DNA of 63,380 bases, filler included, from Folioceros fuciformis (lineage: Eukaryota): assembly GCA_049999805.1 (NCBI GenBank). It is 19 parts of 19 records of this genome, joined end to end, with 100 filler letters (N's around TTAATTAATTAA, not from the genome) between each part and the next. Parts side by side here need not be neighbours in the genome. Positions count along the whole stretch, not along the records: positions 10,944 to 13,612 come from JBNGIO010006852.1; positions 13,713 to 17,533 come from JBNGIO010006853.1; positions 17,634 to 20,114 come from JBNGIO010006854.1; positions 20,215 to 23,333 come from JBNGIO010006855.1; 15 more parts are not named here. One strand, written 5' to 3'. The notes under the pieces were generated by a model, which worked only from the letters and a program-made list of their open reading frames with translations, did no database searches and was not told the DNA's origin. This document shows positions 12,427-23,433 of the stretch, piece by piece. The position numbers and the translations under genes were made by a program. Numbering within the stretch: position 1 is the first letter of the stretch; each line of letters begins with the position of its first letter.

Positions 12427-14041
12427 CCAAAGAGAGGAGAAGAGAAGAGATGAGTCAAGGGAGCAGAGAAGAGACATAAATGTTAGAGAGCCGGATCGTC
12501 AAGACCCATTTCTTACAAGTTAAATTAGATGATTGTTAATTAAAATTAAAGGTGGATAGGATGGGTGATGAAAGTGAGTTGGATAAGTGTGTGCATGGGT
12601 GACTTCTTGTACGTAACGTGCCACCCGATGGTTGAGCGGGATTGGAATAATTGATGATATGGTGGTGTTGCTTGCGTAAGTAGCTAAGCAATTAGAGTGA
12701 GGTAATATTAATAAGTGTGGAAAAGGAAAGGGAGTTCGTGGTAAGGAGTCGGAGTGTCCCGACGGGGGGCAGGAGCGTGGGACGAGTCAAGCTTGCCGGC
12801 ACGAGAAATGAGAGGCCCGGTCCCCGACGGGGCCCCGTTGATACCGTGGGCCTTAACGGCACGCTTAACTGCCGCGTCCAAACGGACGGACACCGACTGA
12901 CAGGGCAGGCCAGGCCAGGCCGGGCCCGGCCAAGCCAGGCCACCAGCCTCTGCCCGGCTGCCGCACCGTTGTTTAATTCGTCACGGGAGACGCGGCCGCA
13001 GTAAAACCGGGGGGGGCCCGAGTCCCGGGTTCCGGGTTCCGGGTTCCGCGTCCCGGGTTGCCGACTGTGCCGACTGCACTGTGTGACTGCAGACCGCAGT
13101 TAAGGAGCGTTTCAATTCTGGCCTTGGGCCTGGTCCTGGTCCTGGTCCTGCTGCTGGCCCTGCACTGGTCACTGGACTGGCATGGACTGGCCTGGCCTGG
13201 CCTGGCCTGGTCTGGCCTCAGCTATGCCCAGCCCATGCGCATCGAATGTGGTTGCCAGCCAGCACGAGCCGAGCTCAGGAACGCTAGTGCCTGCCTGCTG
13301 CCTGTCTCCGCTCCCCGCTGCTCCCGCTCCCTGGGCTGTGCTCCCTGCCGGGCCCCCTTTGCGCCCTCCCCCCTCGCCCCTCGGGTTTGGTTCTTCTTGT
13401 GTATGCGTTTCACTTCCTCACAGCCCCGCCTCAGACTCTGCCTCAGCCTTGGCCCGTCTGCCTGTGCCTTGCAAGTTTGCACACCACCCCCCCCCCCGGC
13501 AGCAGCTAGCCTGGACTCGACCTCGGCCCCAGCTCTCGCTGCTTGCGTGGGTGGTTGGCGGCAGCGCAGGAGTCGGGCTTGAGGTGCAGCACTCGACCGC
13601 GGACATGGGCATNNNNNNNNNNNNNNNNNNNNNNNNNNNNNNNNNNNNNNNNNNNNTTAATTAATTAANNNNNNNNNNNNNNNNNNNNNNNNNNNNNNNN
13701 NNNNNNNNNNNNATATTATATCTATCTAGCTAAAAATAGTAATTGAAGGTTTATATTTCAAGTAAAGTCATCACATTGGAGTTTGGATTGACATAATAAA
13801 TGTTAAAATGTCAAATTATAAATTTAAAATTCAATCAAGCTTAAATCATTTCACGATATAATTCTTTGGCAATGCTTTTAATGAAACGTATTGAAATCAA
13901 TCGAAAGAAAATCCTACCTGAAATACAAAATCCAATGGTACCCAAACTCAACTAATGAATGCACACTAAAACATGTGCTATTAAAATAATAATTCATTTC
14001 AATGTAAAATAAATGATTTGTTTTCAAGTATTTCAAACTGC

Positions 14042-14512
14042 CTAGAAGTAATACTCAAAAGGCAAAGGTTCATTAATATACCGAAGTAAGCATGATGCTG
14101 TTGTAGCTTTTGCAGCTATGGCATCAATGCATTTGGGATCTCTAGAGCCTAGACCGAATTTGAGTTGGTAGCCAAGAAATATTAAGCAATCTTTGCATTG
14201 ATTCATGTTGAGCTGAAATTGATCTTGCTTACTTTCGAAACAACGAGCTGCTGTCCATAGATAATAGTTCTCATCATGTCCGTATAAAGGCTGGGTCGTT
14301 GGAAACACCTTCAAGTAATTTGTGATAGTTTGATCTATAACCTTCTCGATGAGTTGAGTGTAGTATTGCCCATCAGCACCTTTGGGTTGTTTCCCATAAC
14401 ATTGGTAGCTTGTTATTATAAGAGATTGAGATGACACTACTATGCTATTGAATGCAAGTAGCATGATTGTCAAAGTTATCACCCAATTGCAAGCTGAGGT
14501 GAACATTTTCAT
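14042..14512 (-). CDS. Secreted single-domain DUF26/Gnk2-homologous (ginkbilobin-2-like) cysteine-rich protein
   Basis: Hydrophobic N-terminal signal peptide; six mature Cys including C-x14-CKDC and C-terminal CLLRY..PF; intronless and AT-rich. Confidence 0.7.
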   Translation of the reverse strand: MKMFTSACNWVITLTIMLLAFNSIVVSSQSLIITSYQCYGKQPKGADGQYYTQLIEKVIDQTITNYLKVFPTTQPLYGHDENYYLWTAARCFESKQDQFQLNMNQCKDCLIFLGYQLKFGLGSRDPKCIDAIAAKATTASCLLRYINEPLPFEYYF

Positions 14513-15091
14513 CTATAGATCCTTCATATGAAACCAAAAGAATCTTCCTTGTTGCTCATCCAAGAATGTATACAAGACATGTTGTTGATTAGATCTTTTG
14601 TAAACCATCAAAGTCGGTTTATCTAATGAAAGCTTGACACTATGATTAGATGCTTGAAGAGTGTAAGAATATGCTCCTTTTGAAAACATATAGTTTCAAG
14701 CTTTTCTAAGATGGCTGGTGCTACATGAAGTCGGTTTTTTAACATAAAGTTAACTAGCTGGTTTCACACAAAGATAAGAGTTAAGAGATCAAATATCTTT
14801 ATTTATTTCATGGAGTGAAAAGTATATAGTTTAAACTCACATCCATATATAAAATTATTTTAAAATACATTCTGTGAAAAGAAGATGCTAATAGTTGCTA
14901 ACCTAACTCCGGAAATAGTGCACGGATACAGAAAGGTAAACCGGAATCTTAGGAAGCTTAATCTGATTTCCAAGGGCATACTTCGTGACAATGATCCGTC
15001 CACGCGAATGGAAGGTATCGATGTTCACCCATTTGCGGGGATTCCATCAACCAGATTGATAAAAAAAATTGGCATAGTACAGCTACTTCCA

Positions 15092-17533
15092 TCAAAATCT
15101 TTCTCCGAATCGGACAAACAGCGATCCAGAGCCCGCATTACAGTCTCTAGCATACTCGGCTCTCACAGAACCAAGCTTTATTCCTACGCCGTAGGAAGCA
15201 CCGTGGCCTGGCCGTTTGAAAAACTCTGTAGGGTTTCCTCGCACGTCCTTCGAAGAACCCAGATCTGTCCCGTATTCGACAAATCCATAAACGTGACGCT
15301 CCTTAATCGGTACTCGTACCTCAGTTGCAAGCTGCAACCAAGCAGCCAACCGACGTTAGTGGCAGCACATGGTATGGACCGACGTAAACATCAATTGATC
15401 TGAACGACAATAGGAGCACAGGGTTTACGGACCTCCAAGAAGTTTCTACAGGCACCGAGTTCACCCATATTGTAACCCCGGACAGAATACGGTCCACCAA
15501 GAGTAAACGCATCATAGCTTGCGAGGTCGCCGACACAGCCCCCATACCGTGCGTGAATCACTGCAACAGGAGGGGGGGCCTCGCTGTTCTTATCCTCTGG
15601 TTGAAGCTGGATGAAGCGTGTCAAGGTGATCATGTGCCGGTTGAAGAACGGGAACTTGCTGCCAATCCCCAGGCCTTGATCGCACTGCATCACGTGCACT
15701 ACTTTTGGTGAAGCTCAACGCAAGGAGAGAAACAGCGAGCACTAGGAATGTCTAAAGAACCTGGAAAGGTCGAAGACTTGGGGTAGAATGCAGCAAACCT
15801 GGAATATGTTCCGAGAACCAACAGGTGTGCCATTCACAAATCTGGTGTTATCGTGGGTGATGTTTCCCTGTAGGAAACCCACTCGGTCGATCCCCGTGTC
15901 ACTGTGGGTGGTTGGGGGTCCATCCACGCTGAGGGCGCCACTCGGAAGTGTGCGAGCACCGATGGTACAAATGGCACTAGTCTCATCCCTTGTCGTTACT
16001 TCCTCGAACACTAAACCATATGTGAACTTGCTTTGGCGAGTGAAATTCTGCACGAACACCACCAATGTAAAGCGCCAAGCAGATGGTTATTTTCCACCGA
16101 CCAATGTCACAGGGTTCACAATTGCTCACAAACCTCAGTGACGTTTGCTTTGAGACCAGCCCTGTCAACCCAGACAGCGGGCACTTCCTCGACCCCAAGC
16201 CCTCCAGTGAATACTGCACTAAGCTTGCGACTGTTGAAACAACTAGCTCGGAAGGTTCGATTCCGGGGGTCATGTATTCCATCCAAGTAAGGATGCACGT
16301 ACTCCATTTTGAATCCCAAATCATCCTGCTTGACAGGACCACACACATCAGATGTCTTGATCCTACTCCACTCACAAACGACTTTGCACCACTGCGAGAC
16401 AACGGCCGCGAAACTCTCACCTGCGGGTTCAAAAGATTATTGGATGTCACACAGCCCAGAATTGAACGGTTGAGACCTTGGATGTTTCTGTGCTCAAACG
16501 TTACACTGCCTCCTGGTTGGATTGATGCCTGCACAGCATATACAATGTAGCACACAGTAAGCAGGGGCCGGATTGGAGAGCCAGCGCACAGAAGGGCAGG
16601 GGCTGACCAGGGTAGGCTTTCCAGTGCTGCTCGGCACAATGCTCCACTCTGTGCTTACTTCGGCAGTCCTCTGATCAAGCTCCTTTAGCTTTACCTCAAC
16701 CACAATGCCTCCATCGATGTCCTCATCTGGCCTTGGGTTGACTTCAATATTTGAGAACAACGCAAGGCCATTGACATTCCTTAGGGCCTTCTTCCCTGCC
16801 TCGATATTGAAGACCTGACCAGCACAGAGCTGCCACCAAGAAAGCATGTGCGTCAGAACATTTCGGACCCACACAAAACAATGACGAATGAGACTCGCAC
16901 CGTCCCAGGTGACCCAACCTGTTCCGGCAACTCTCTGGCAATCACTTTCTGAGCCGTATTCCCTTCACAAGGGTTCCCCATCTTGTCCTGAAACATAATC
17001 TGGACTCTTGTAATATCACCTTCCACCACCTCGCACACCACTTCATTGGTATTCAGATTACCAAAATTCACCACCTGCGCGCACGCATAGCCCTCATCAT
17101 GATACCACCTTTGCACCCTGTCCCTGATCCTCTGCAGCATCCTGGCTGACACCTTCGTCTCCTGCCTCAGCCAAGAAGCAATCTCCCGTTCCACACTAGC
17201 CGGCAACATGCACGGCCGGGCCTGCCGCAACCTGTTCTTATACTCCTCCTCCTGCAGCTTCATATACTCCTCCCGCTGCTGGTCCGTCATGGTGGCCTCC
17301 GACTCCGGCGGCCTGCTTTGCGCTAGCAGTCCTACATTAGCACACTTGAAAGAATTTGCAGCATGCCACTGACTCTCCACGAACGATATCTGCATCGTAA
17401 TAGTCCCATCCGGCTGCGTCACCCCCTCCATCTCAACAGTTTGAAACATCCCGCAGTTCAACAAATTCTCCACTTCCGACTCCAGCTGCTGCTTCGTGTA
17501 AACCCCGCCAGGCCGCAGTGTCACCAGCTCAAA
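15092..17533 (-). CDS. TOC75-III: Chloroplast outer-envelope import channel Toc75-III (Omp85 family), 5'-partial
   Basis: Seven visible GT-AG exons. Motifs RPGGVYTK, RDRVQRWYHDEGYACAQVVNFGNLNT, LFSNIEVNPRPDE, NFTRQSKFTYG, LGGPYSVRGYNMGELG, C-terminal RFGERF. Confidence 0.95.
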
Positions 17534-18526
17534 NNNNNNNNNNNNNNNNNNNNNNNNNNNNNNNNNNNNNNNNNNNNTTAATTAATTAANNNNNNNNNNN
17601 NNNNNNNNNNNNNNNNNNNNNNNNNNNNNNNNNGTCCCACCTTAAGGGAATATGTGCCAGGCATTCCATTGTCCAAGACTATGTTTTTTTTCCATGGCTG
17701 TTTTGATTACAGGGAATACATTTCTAAAAGGGGAGAGCAAATCTTCGTTCAATCTGGCTAAGGAAGATAAGGCTGGGCGACCGAGGTCTGGGCTGGAATC
17801 ATGCCTTCATCCCTCTTGCTACCTTTGGCCAGAAATTTCTTGCGAAGGTGCAGAATTCTTCTACCATAGCCAGATTCTTCTGCCAGACCTCCATGGGACT
17901 CCCAGGCTCCACAAGAAACACTGAGAATCAAAGAAACCCCAACAATGCTTCCGTTCTCCAGAACAAAACTCGCAGAACTCTGTCTCTCTACATGGAAATG
18001 CTTCCTTGAATCTAGTTTAGTTGAGGAGAAGGGAAGGGCCGGTGATCTTGGCGAGTGCCAAAAATGCTAGGTCATCGTGTGAGATGGCTTGCTTCTTTGA
18101 GGCAGGAATCAGTTGGCTAAAACTTGTTGAATCCTGCAGGCAGCATCACGTCGGCTGCTGGTGGGAGAAATGAGAACAATGCTGTGCACCTGTCTCCTAT
18201 GAAGACAAGAGTCATGAGCATTCTATTCTCATCGCATAACCGAGCATCACGATCATAACAGCGATCACTGTCAATATAGGTGAATTTCCTGTGGGCACTA
18301 GTTTATTCCGATCACATCCATCTTGGATACTCCATTCTAGATGCTTGATTCACGATGGAGAAGATCGGCTGGACTACAGGGCTGGGAAAATGAGCTATTA
18401 CAACATAATACAAATGTGCCAAGAAAATCACGGCTGCCAGACCTGTCACACATGGAGGAGCTGTCACGGATGATAAGGGAGCTGCCAAGGGTAATGAAGA
18501 ACCTGTCACCGATCATGGAGGGTGTG

Positions 18527-19912
18527 TCACAGATCCAGAACCTGACAAGTGACCAGCTCCACAGAACCGAAGTTCTTGCTTGCAATGCTTTTCCAGCCTT
18601 CGACGTCAGATTCAGAGTTCCCACCTGAAGGTTGGTTGCCAAGTTCTGCTCGAAGGACTGCAATGTTGTCATGGATGTCTTTGGTTATCACATGAAGCTT
18701 CTCCCTGAAACCAGCCAGTAAGTACGGGGACTCCGCATCGGCTAATTCCAAGAGGATGGGAACTTTCTTCAGCACCACCTTCCACACATCCTGCTCTGAG
18801 TCGTACATCTTGATCTTGCTACCATCCATGGAACTTGTGGGATTGAGGGCATAGAGCTGCCCATTCACCACCACACTCAACTTGGTTCCTGCTTGCCGAG
18901 CAGGCCAGCCCTCCCCCATCCCTTGGGGCATCTCTAACCACAATTCTGACACTGGATCATAGACTTCACCCCCTACATCCACAAAGAACGGCCATGAGTA
19001 AAAGCTCTGAGGCACACATAACTTCCCCTTGAAAGCTGCCATTCCTGTTGCAATCGGCTTCAACATGTCTGCAAGGAAAGCTGTGGGCAAGACCTGAGCC
19101 CGCGCAAATGGCATGTTAGGGATTGGGGTCCAGGTGTTAGTTTCGGGCTCAAAGACCTCGGCAGACAGAAGGGGAGTCAAACCACCTCGGCCCCCACGGT
19201 TGACACCACCCACAGCATACAGCTTGTTGCCCAGCAGGCCGGTTTTGCAGTAAGCCCTTGGGGTAAGCATCGGGGCTGCTTCACTCCACTGGTTAACGAG
19301 AGGGTCATAACGCCAGACACAACGCATCGCACATGCCCTGGAAAACCCTCCCAAAACATACAGGCAGCCATTAGCAGCACCCGCGGAGCAACCACAAAAA
19401 GGAGTCCTATCTAGCGAGTCCCTCCGCCCGAACCATCCTCGGAACAAGCCCGATATCCTCAGACCCGAGGAGCCGATGGAGTTGAGCCACCCCCAGCCCG
19501 AAACTTGGTGCATGTCATGCTCATGGCTGATCTCCGGCATGAGCGGCAGCCGGCACCACTTCCCCTCCACAGGATCCAGCACGTGCCACACAAGCCGCTC
19601 TTCCTTATCTTTCAACAAAATATACAACCACTCTTCCGTCAGCCCGAGCTCCTTCCTCAGCTGAAAGATCTCGCTGGCGGCCAGCACTTCATGCCAGCCT
19701 CTGCAAACGGACCTCAACACGCTATGACACCCACGAGGCACCCGAGCCAAAACGTGCAGCGACAGCTCATCCGGCAGCCCGGGGATCAGTTGAGCTTGCT
19801 CACAACTGAGATACCCTGCCGACAAACGCTGCCGCTTGCTCGATTCCGGCTGTGGCATGTCACTGTGACCCTCATCAGGAACCCTCCTGGCGAGACTTAG
19901 CAATGACCCCAT
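18527..19912 (-). CDS. F-box/kelch-repeat protein (intronless, 461 aa)
   Basis: F-box LIPGLPDELSLHVLARVPR; kelch repeats LYVLGG...WRYDP and LYAVGG...AEVFEP; ATG at 19912. Confidence 0.93.
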   Translation of the reverse strand: MGSLLSLARRVPDEGHSDMPQPESSKRQRLSAGYLSCEQAQLIPGLPDELSLHVLARVPRGCHSVLRSVCRGWHEVLAASEIFQLRKELGLTEEWLYILLKDKEERLVWHVLDPVEGKWCRLPLMPEISHEHDMHQVSGWGWLNSIGSSGLRISGLFRGWFGRRDSLDRTPFCGCSAGAANGCLYVLGGFSRACAMRCVWRYDPLVNQWSEAAPMLTPRAYCKTGLLGNKLYAVGGVNRGGRGGLTPLLSAEVFEPETNTWTPIPNMPFARAQVLPTAFLADMLKPIATGMAAFKGKLCVPQSFYSWPFFVDVGGEVYDPVSELWLEMPQGMGEGWPARQAGTKLSVVVNGQLYALNPTSSMDGSKIKMYDSEQDVWKVVLKKVPILLELADAESPYLLAGFREKLHVITKDIHDNIAVLRAELGNQPSGGNSESDVEGWKSIASKNFGSVELVTCQVLDL

Positions 19913-20214
19913 CTGTCTTCCAATCACCAAACAGACCAGACCTGTCTAGTCAGGGACCCCAAAATCTTCTCCTCCCCTCAACCAGGGCGGGGCGGACAAA
20001 CCCCTCCGTCCACACCACTCCAGCCCCACAAGTTAGCTCACCTCCTCAATCTGCACATTCAAACACCCTTCACCATCCCCTCCCCATCCTCAAAAAATGC
20101 AAGTCCACATCCTCNNNNNNNNNNNNNNNNNNNNNNNNNNNNNNNNNNNNNNNNNNNNTTAATTAATTAANNNNNNNNNNNNNNNNNNNNNNNNNNNNNN
20201 NNNNNNNNNNNNNN

Positions 20215-21711
20215 CTCCAGAACCCCTGCGACCGACTGACCAGTGAGTTTCCTGCAGTTCGAACGTTTTCTGACTCGTTTGCGGGCTTTGCTTGGCTTGG
20301 TGGGGCTTGTGAGTGTTCTCTGATGACGCGGAGTCGTTGCACCGCAGTTTTGAGGTTGGAGCAGGAGGTGGAGAGGTTTATACGCAACCCGAAGTTGCAG
20401 CAACTGGACTTCCAGCCTATGCCGTCTTCGTACTTGCGCCTGGCTGCTCACCGAGTGGCCCAGCACTATTTTCTTCAGTCTATGGTGGTTGACAGTGGAT
20501 CTGTTGAGGGGAGCAGGATTATCGCTAGGAAGATGGGAGAGACGAGGTACCCTGCTATCCGGTTGGCGGACATTCCGGTGGACCTGCCGGCCGAGGAGAA
20601 GTTTGTATCGCAGCCCGTCACGAAGCTTGCTATAAAGCAGAGGCCGCATAGAGGGGCGAGAGCGATTGGGGATAGCGGCGGAGGGGGCGGCTACGGTGGC
20701 ATGTTGAATCCTTCCAAGTCCGTGGAGGAGAGGAAAGAGGAGTACAACAAGGCCCGTGCGCGGATTTTCTGTGGCGAGAACGGAGGGAAGAGTTCGGACG
20801 ATGAGGGACTAGGGCCTGAGCCTTGTCAGTCGGTGGAGCCTCCTGCACCGGCGGAAGCCTCTAAACCGGAAGAGAGGGTGTACGTGGAGGATGCACGAGA
20901 TACGGGTGCAAGAGGCTTGCTGGTGGAGAACGGGGTCGTGGGAGCTAGGAGTAATGGTAATGGGAAGGTCGAGAAGGAAAACAGCGGCAGGGTGAAGTAT
21001 AATAGCACGCGGGTTGCTATTTTCCGGGACCGTGAGAAGGATAGGAGAGATCCGGATTACGACCGTAATTTTGACAGGTGGCTTTCGACCTCTTTCTCTT
21101 GTGTTGTCGAGAAACGCTGTTCTGTCTGAGGTAAGGATGCTTCAGAGAGCATTTGTAGCTATGCTTGACCTGTGGTTTTGTCTCTTCAGGTACTCCCAGC
21201 GGTTTGACCCAGGTTTCGGGGTAAATGTTCAGCCCTTCGGTGTGCAGCCCATCTATGCCCCCCTGGCAAACTATAACACAGAGTTTCCTCAGCTTGGAGG
21301 CATCCAAAGGCCTCCGATGGTCATGGACGCCCCTATTCCTCCTCCTCTCCCGCAACACATGCGGGCACCTTGGGGTAATCCTGCGGCTTCTTTGAGTTTC
21401 AGACCTGGAGATGCCCACATGGGACCATATAATCCGGGCCATATTGCTCCACATTCCTCTGTTATGTACATGCCTGGCCCTCAGTATGGTTATCCGGGCC
21501 CTAATATGGGCTATATGCATCCACCACATGATCACTTTCAGCAACCTCTTGCTCAGGTAGAGTTGGTGACACGATTTTTCACTGTCCTGCAATGAATGAT
21601 TAACACGTTCCAGTTGCACAGATTGTGTCGAGTTCTGATCTGGCATTCTTTTCTTCCCAGCCACATCAACAGCAACCTGATTCAGGTTTCAGCCAGGCCC
21701 CCTGTCGTTAA
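20215..21711 (+). CDS. R3H and SUZ domain RNA-binding protein, 5'-partial
   Basis: Exons 20215-20242, 20348-21077, 21190-21556, 21661-21711. R3H motif YLRLAAHRVAQHY; SUZ motif KSVEERKEEYNKARARIF; AIFRDREKDRRDPDYDR. Confidence 0.9.
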
Positions 21712-23433
21712 AGACAGGGCCCGGCCTGCTCCTGCCAGCATTCTTGCACCAGATTACACGGCTGAAGCCTCGTAATATTTCAAACGTCGAATCTGGTGCA
21801 CTTTTTTTTATGAGCGGTTGATTTTCAGATCTGCTAACAGAATGCTGGCGGGAAATAGCAGGCGAGCACTGAGGGGCTTGCAGGAGCTTGGAGTTGTGAG
21901 CTTGGCAAATATCTCTTGAGGATTGTTGCATACATCAGTACTGGCTTACCTTGTGCAGCCTGGGCCTAGATCCACATTATACATGGGTGTGGCTGCCATC
22001 TGATATCGACCAATGCTCATCATTATTTAACCCCCAGTGTTAGGTTTTTGGTAGGGAGTCTGCGCTTGTAAAGCAGACATGCTGTTTGGATTGTTGCCTC
22101 CAAGATATCGTGGAAACACCCTCCTCGTCAAGATCTTGGTGATGGATGTGAAGAAATTCTGGGAGCTCTGGGCTCTAGCAGGATATGTGGCCTCTCGATC
22201 TTGGTCGCTGCCATCTGAACGTGCCGGTGAACTCCACTGTAAGTGTGTCTGTGATGCCTTGCCTTTTGCATGGTTCAACTGTCCTTCGCGGTTGTGGTCG
22301 TGGTGAACATGCTTGTCGTTTGCAGATTTGTCAGATTTTATGCGACGGATGTGGAGGACGCCATGTTTTCGCATCTGTTGTAACATACGGCCGAGCTTCT
22401 TAGAGACGAAATGGTGCGTAGCGCTTCCAATATGTCTGGAGCAAACTCTTTTAAGCGTTGGTGCGTGAACTCACAGATCTGCTCTCGTGCCAGTTGTCTT
22501 GACAGGAATATGTCCGTATGGTGGTTCAGGAAGGTGGCACCCAGGAAAACAACTCTGTGGTACGATGTCCGTTCTCGCTTTTTGCTGTGATATACCTCTC
22601 AAATCCATAAGAAAGCATGTTTTTGATTGCCCTCGTTGCGTTTTCGCTCACCCAGTGGGTTGGCCTTCAGGTGCGGCCCACTTGGCGAGAGGTACAGGGC
22701 GTTTGACAATTTGACGCCTGCGAGAAAACCGACCTGGGTGACTGAGTCAAGACAAACTACTTCCGACGCGTCCCGATTGCGCCTAGCTTGTGACCTAACT
22801 TGGACCGTGACGCATACACGGGAATGGTGCTGCGCCAGGGGTTTCTTTTCTCGGTTGTGATACTTAATACTACATCTCTGTGTGTATGGACCTTTTCGGT
22901 TCGTTTCTTCCAACTTTGTCAAGAGTCCGATTTGCGTGTTATCTCTCCCGGTGGGTTCGCACAACTCACCGACGTTAGTTGCAAGGAGGTGTAATCTTCG
23001 GAACAAGTGCAGACGCGCTCGAGTTGCCTACGATTATGGTTGCAAGGAATTGCGTGCATCGGGCGCCCCTCGTTAGAAGCTAGCTAGCTGCGTGTGAGCT
23101 ACCTTGGTTGGTAAAGCCTCCTTGAGAGGCATGCATGCCGGAAACATGAGCCTACAACTGGAGTGAACGGCGAAAGCACCGGAGGGCTGAGCCACCTTCC
23201 CAGGAAGGCATCTTTGCAGAAGAAGCTCCGCGTCTCCTCGTTGATTGAGCTTCGTTCCAATCGCTCCACTCTGAGCTTCCCTAGCGGCGCTCTGCCTTCT
23301 AAAAGTTGGCTGTTGCACTAGTTCTGCAAAGAANNNNNNNNNNNNNNNNNNNNNNNNNNNNNNNNNNNNNNNNNNNNTTAATTAATTAANNNNNNNNNNN
23401 NNNNNNNNNNNNNNNNNNNNNNNNNNNNNNNNN

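Noticed and set aside
12692-13612. GC-rich ORFs with (GGCCT)n and (CCGGGTT)n
   Set aside because: Simple-repeat-rich, promoter/5'UTR-like sequence; ORFs are explained by composition.
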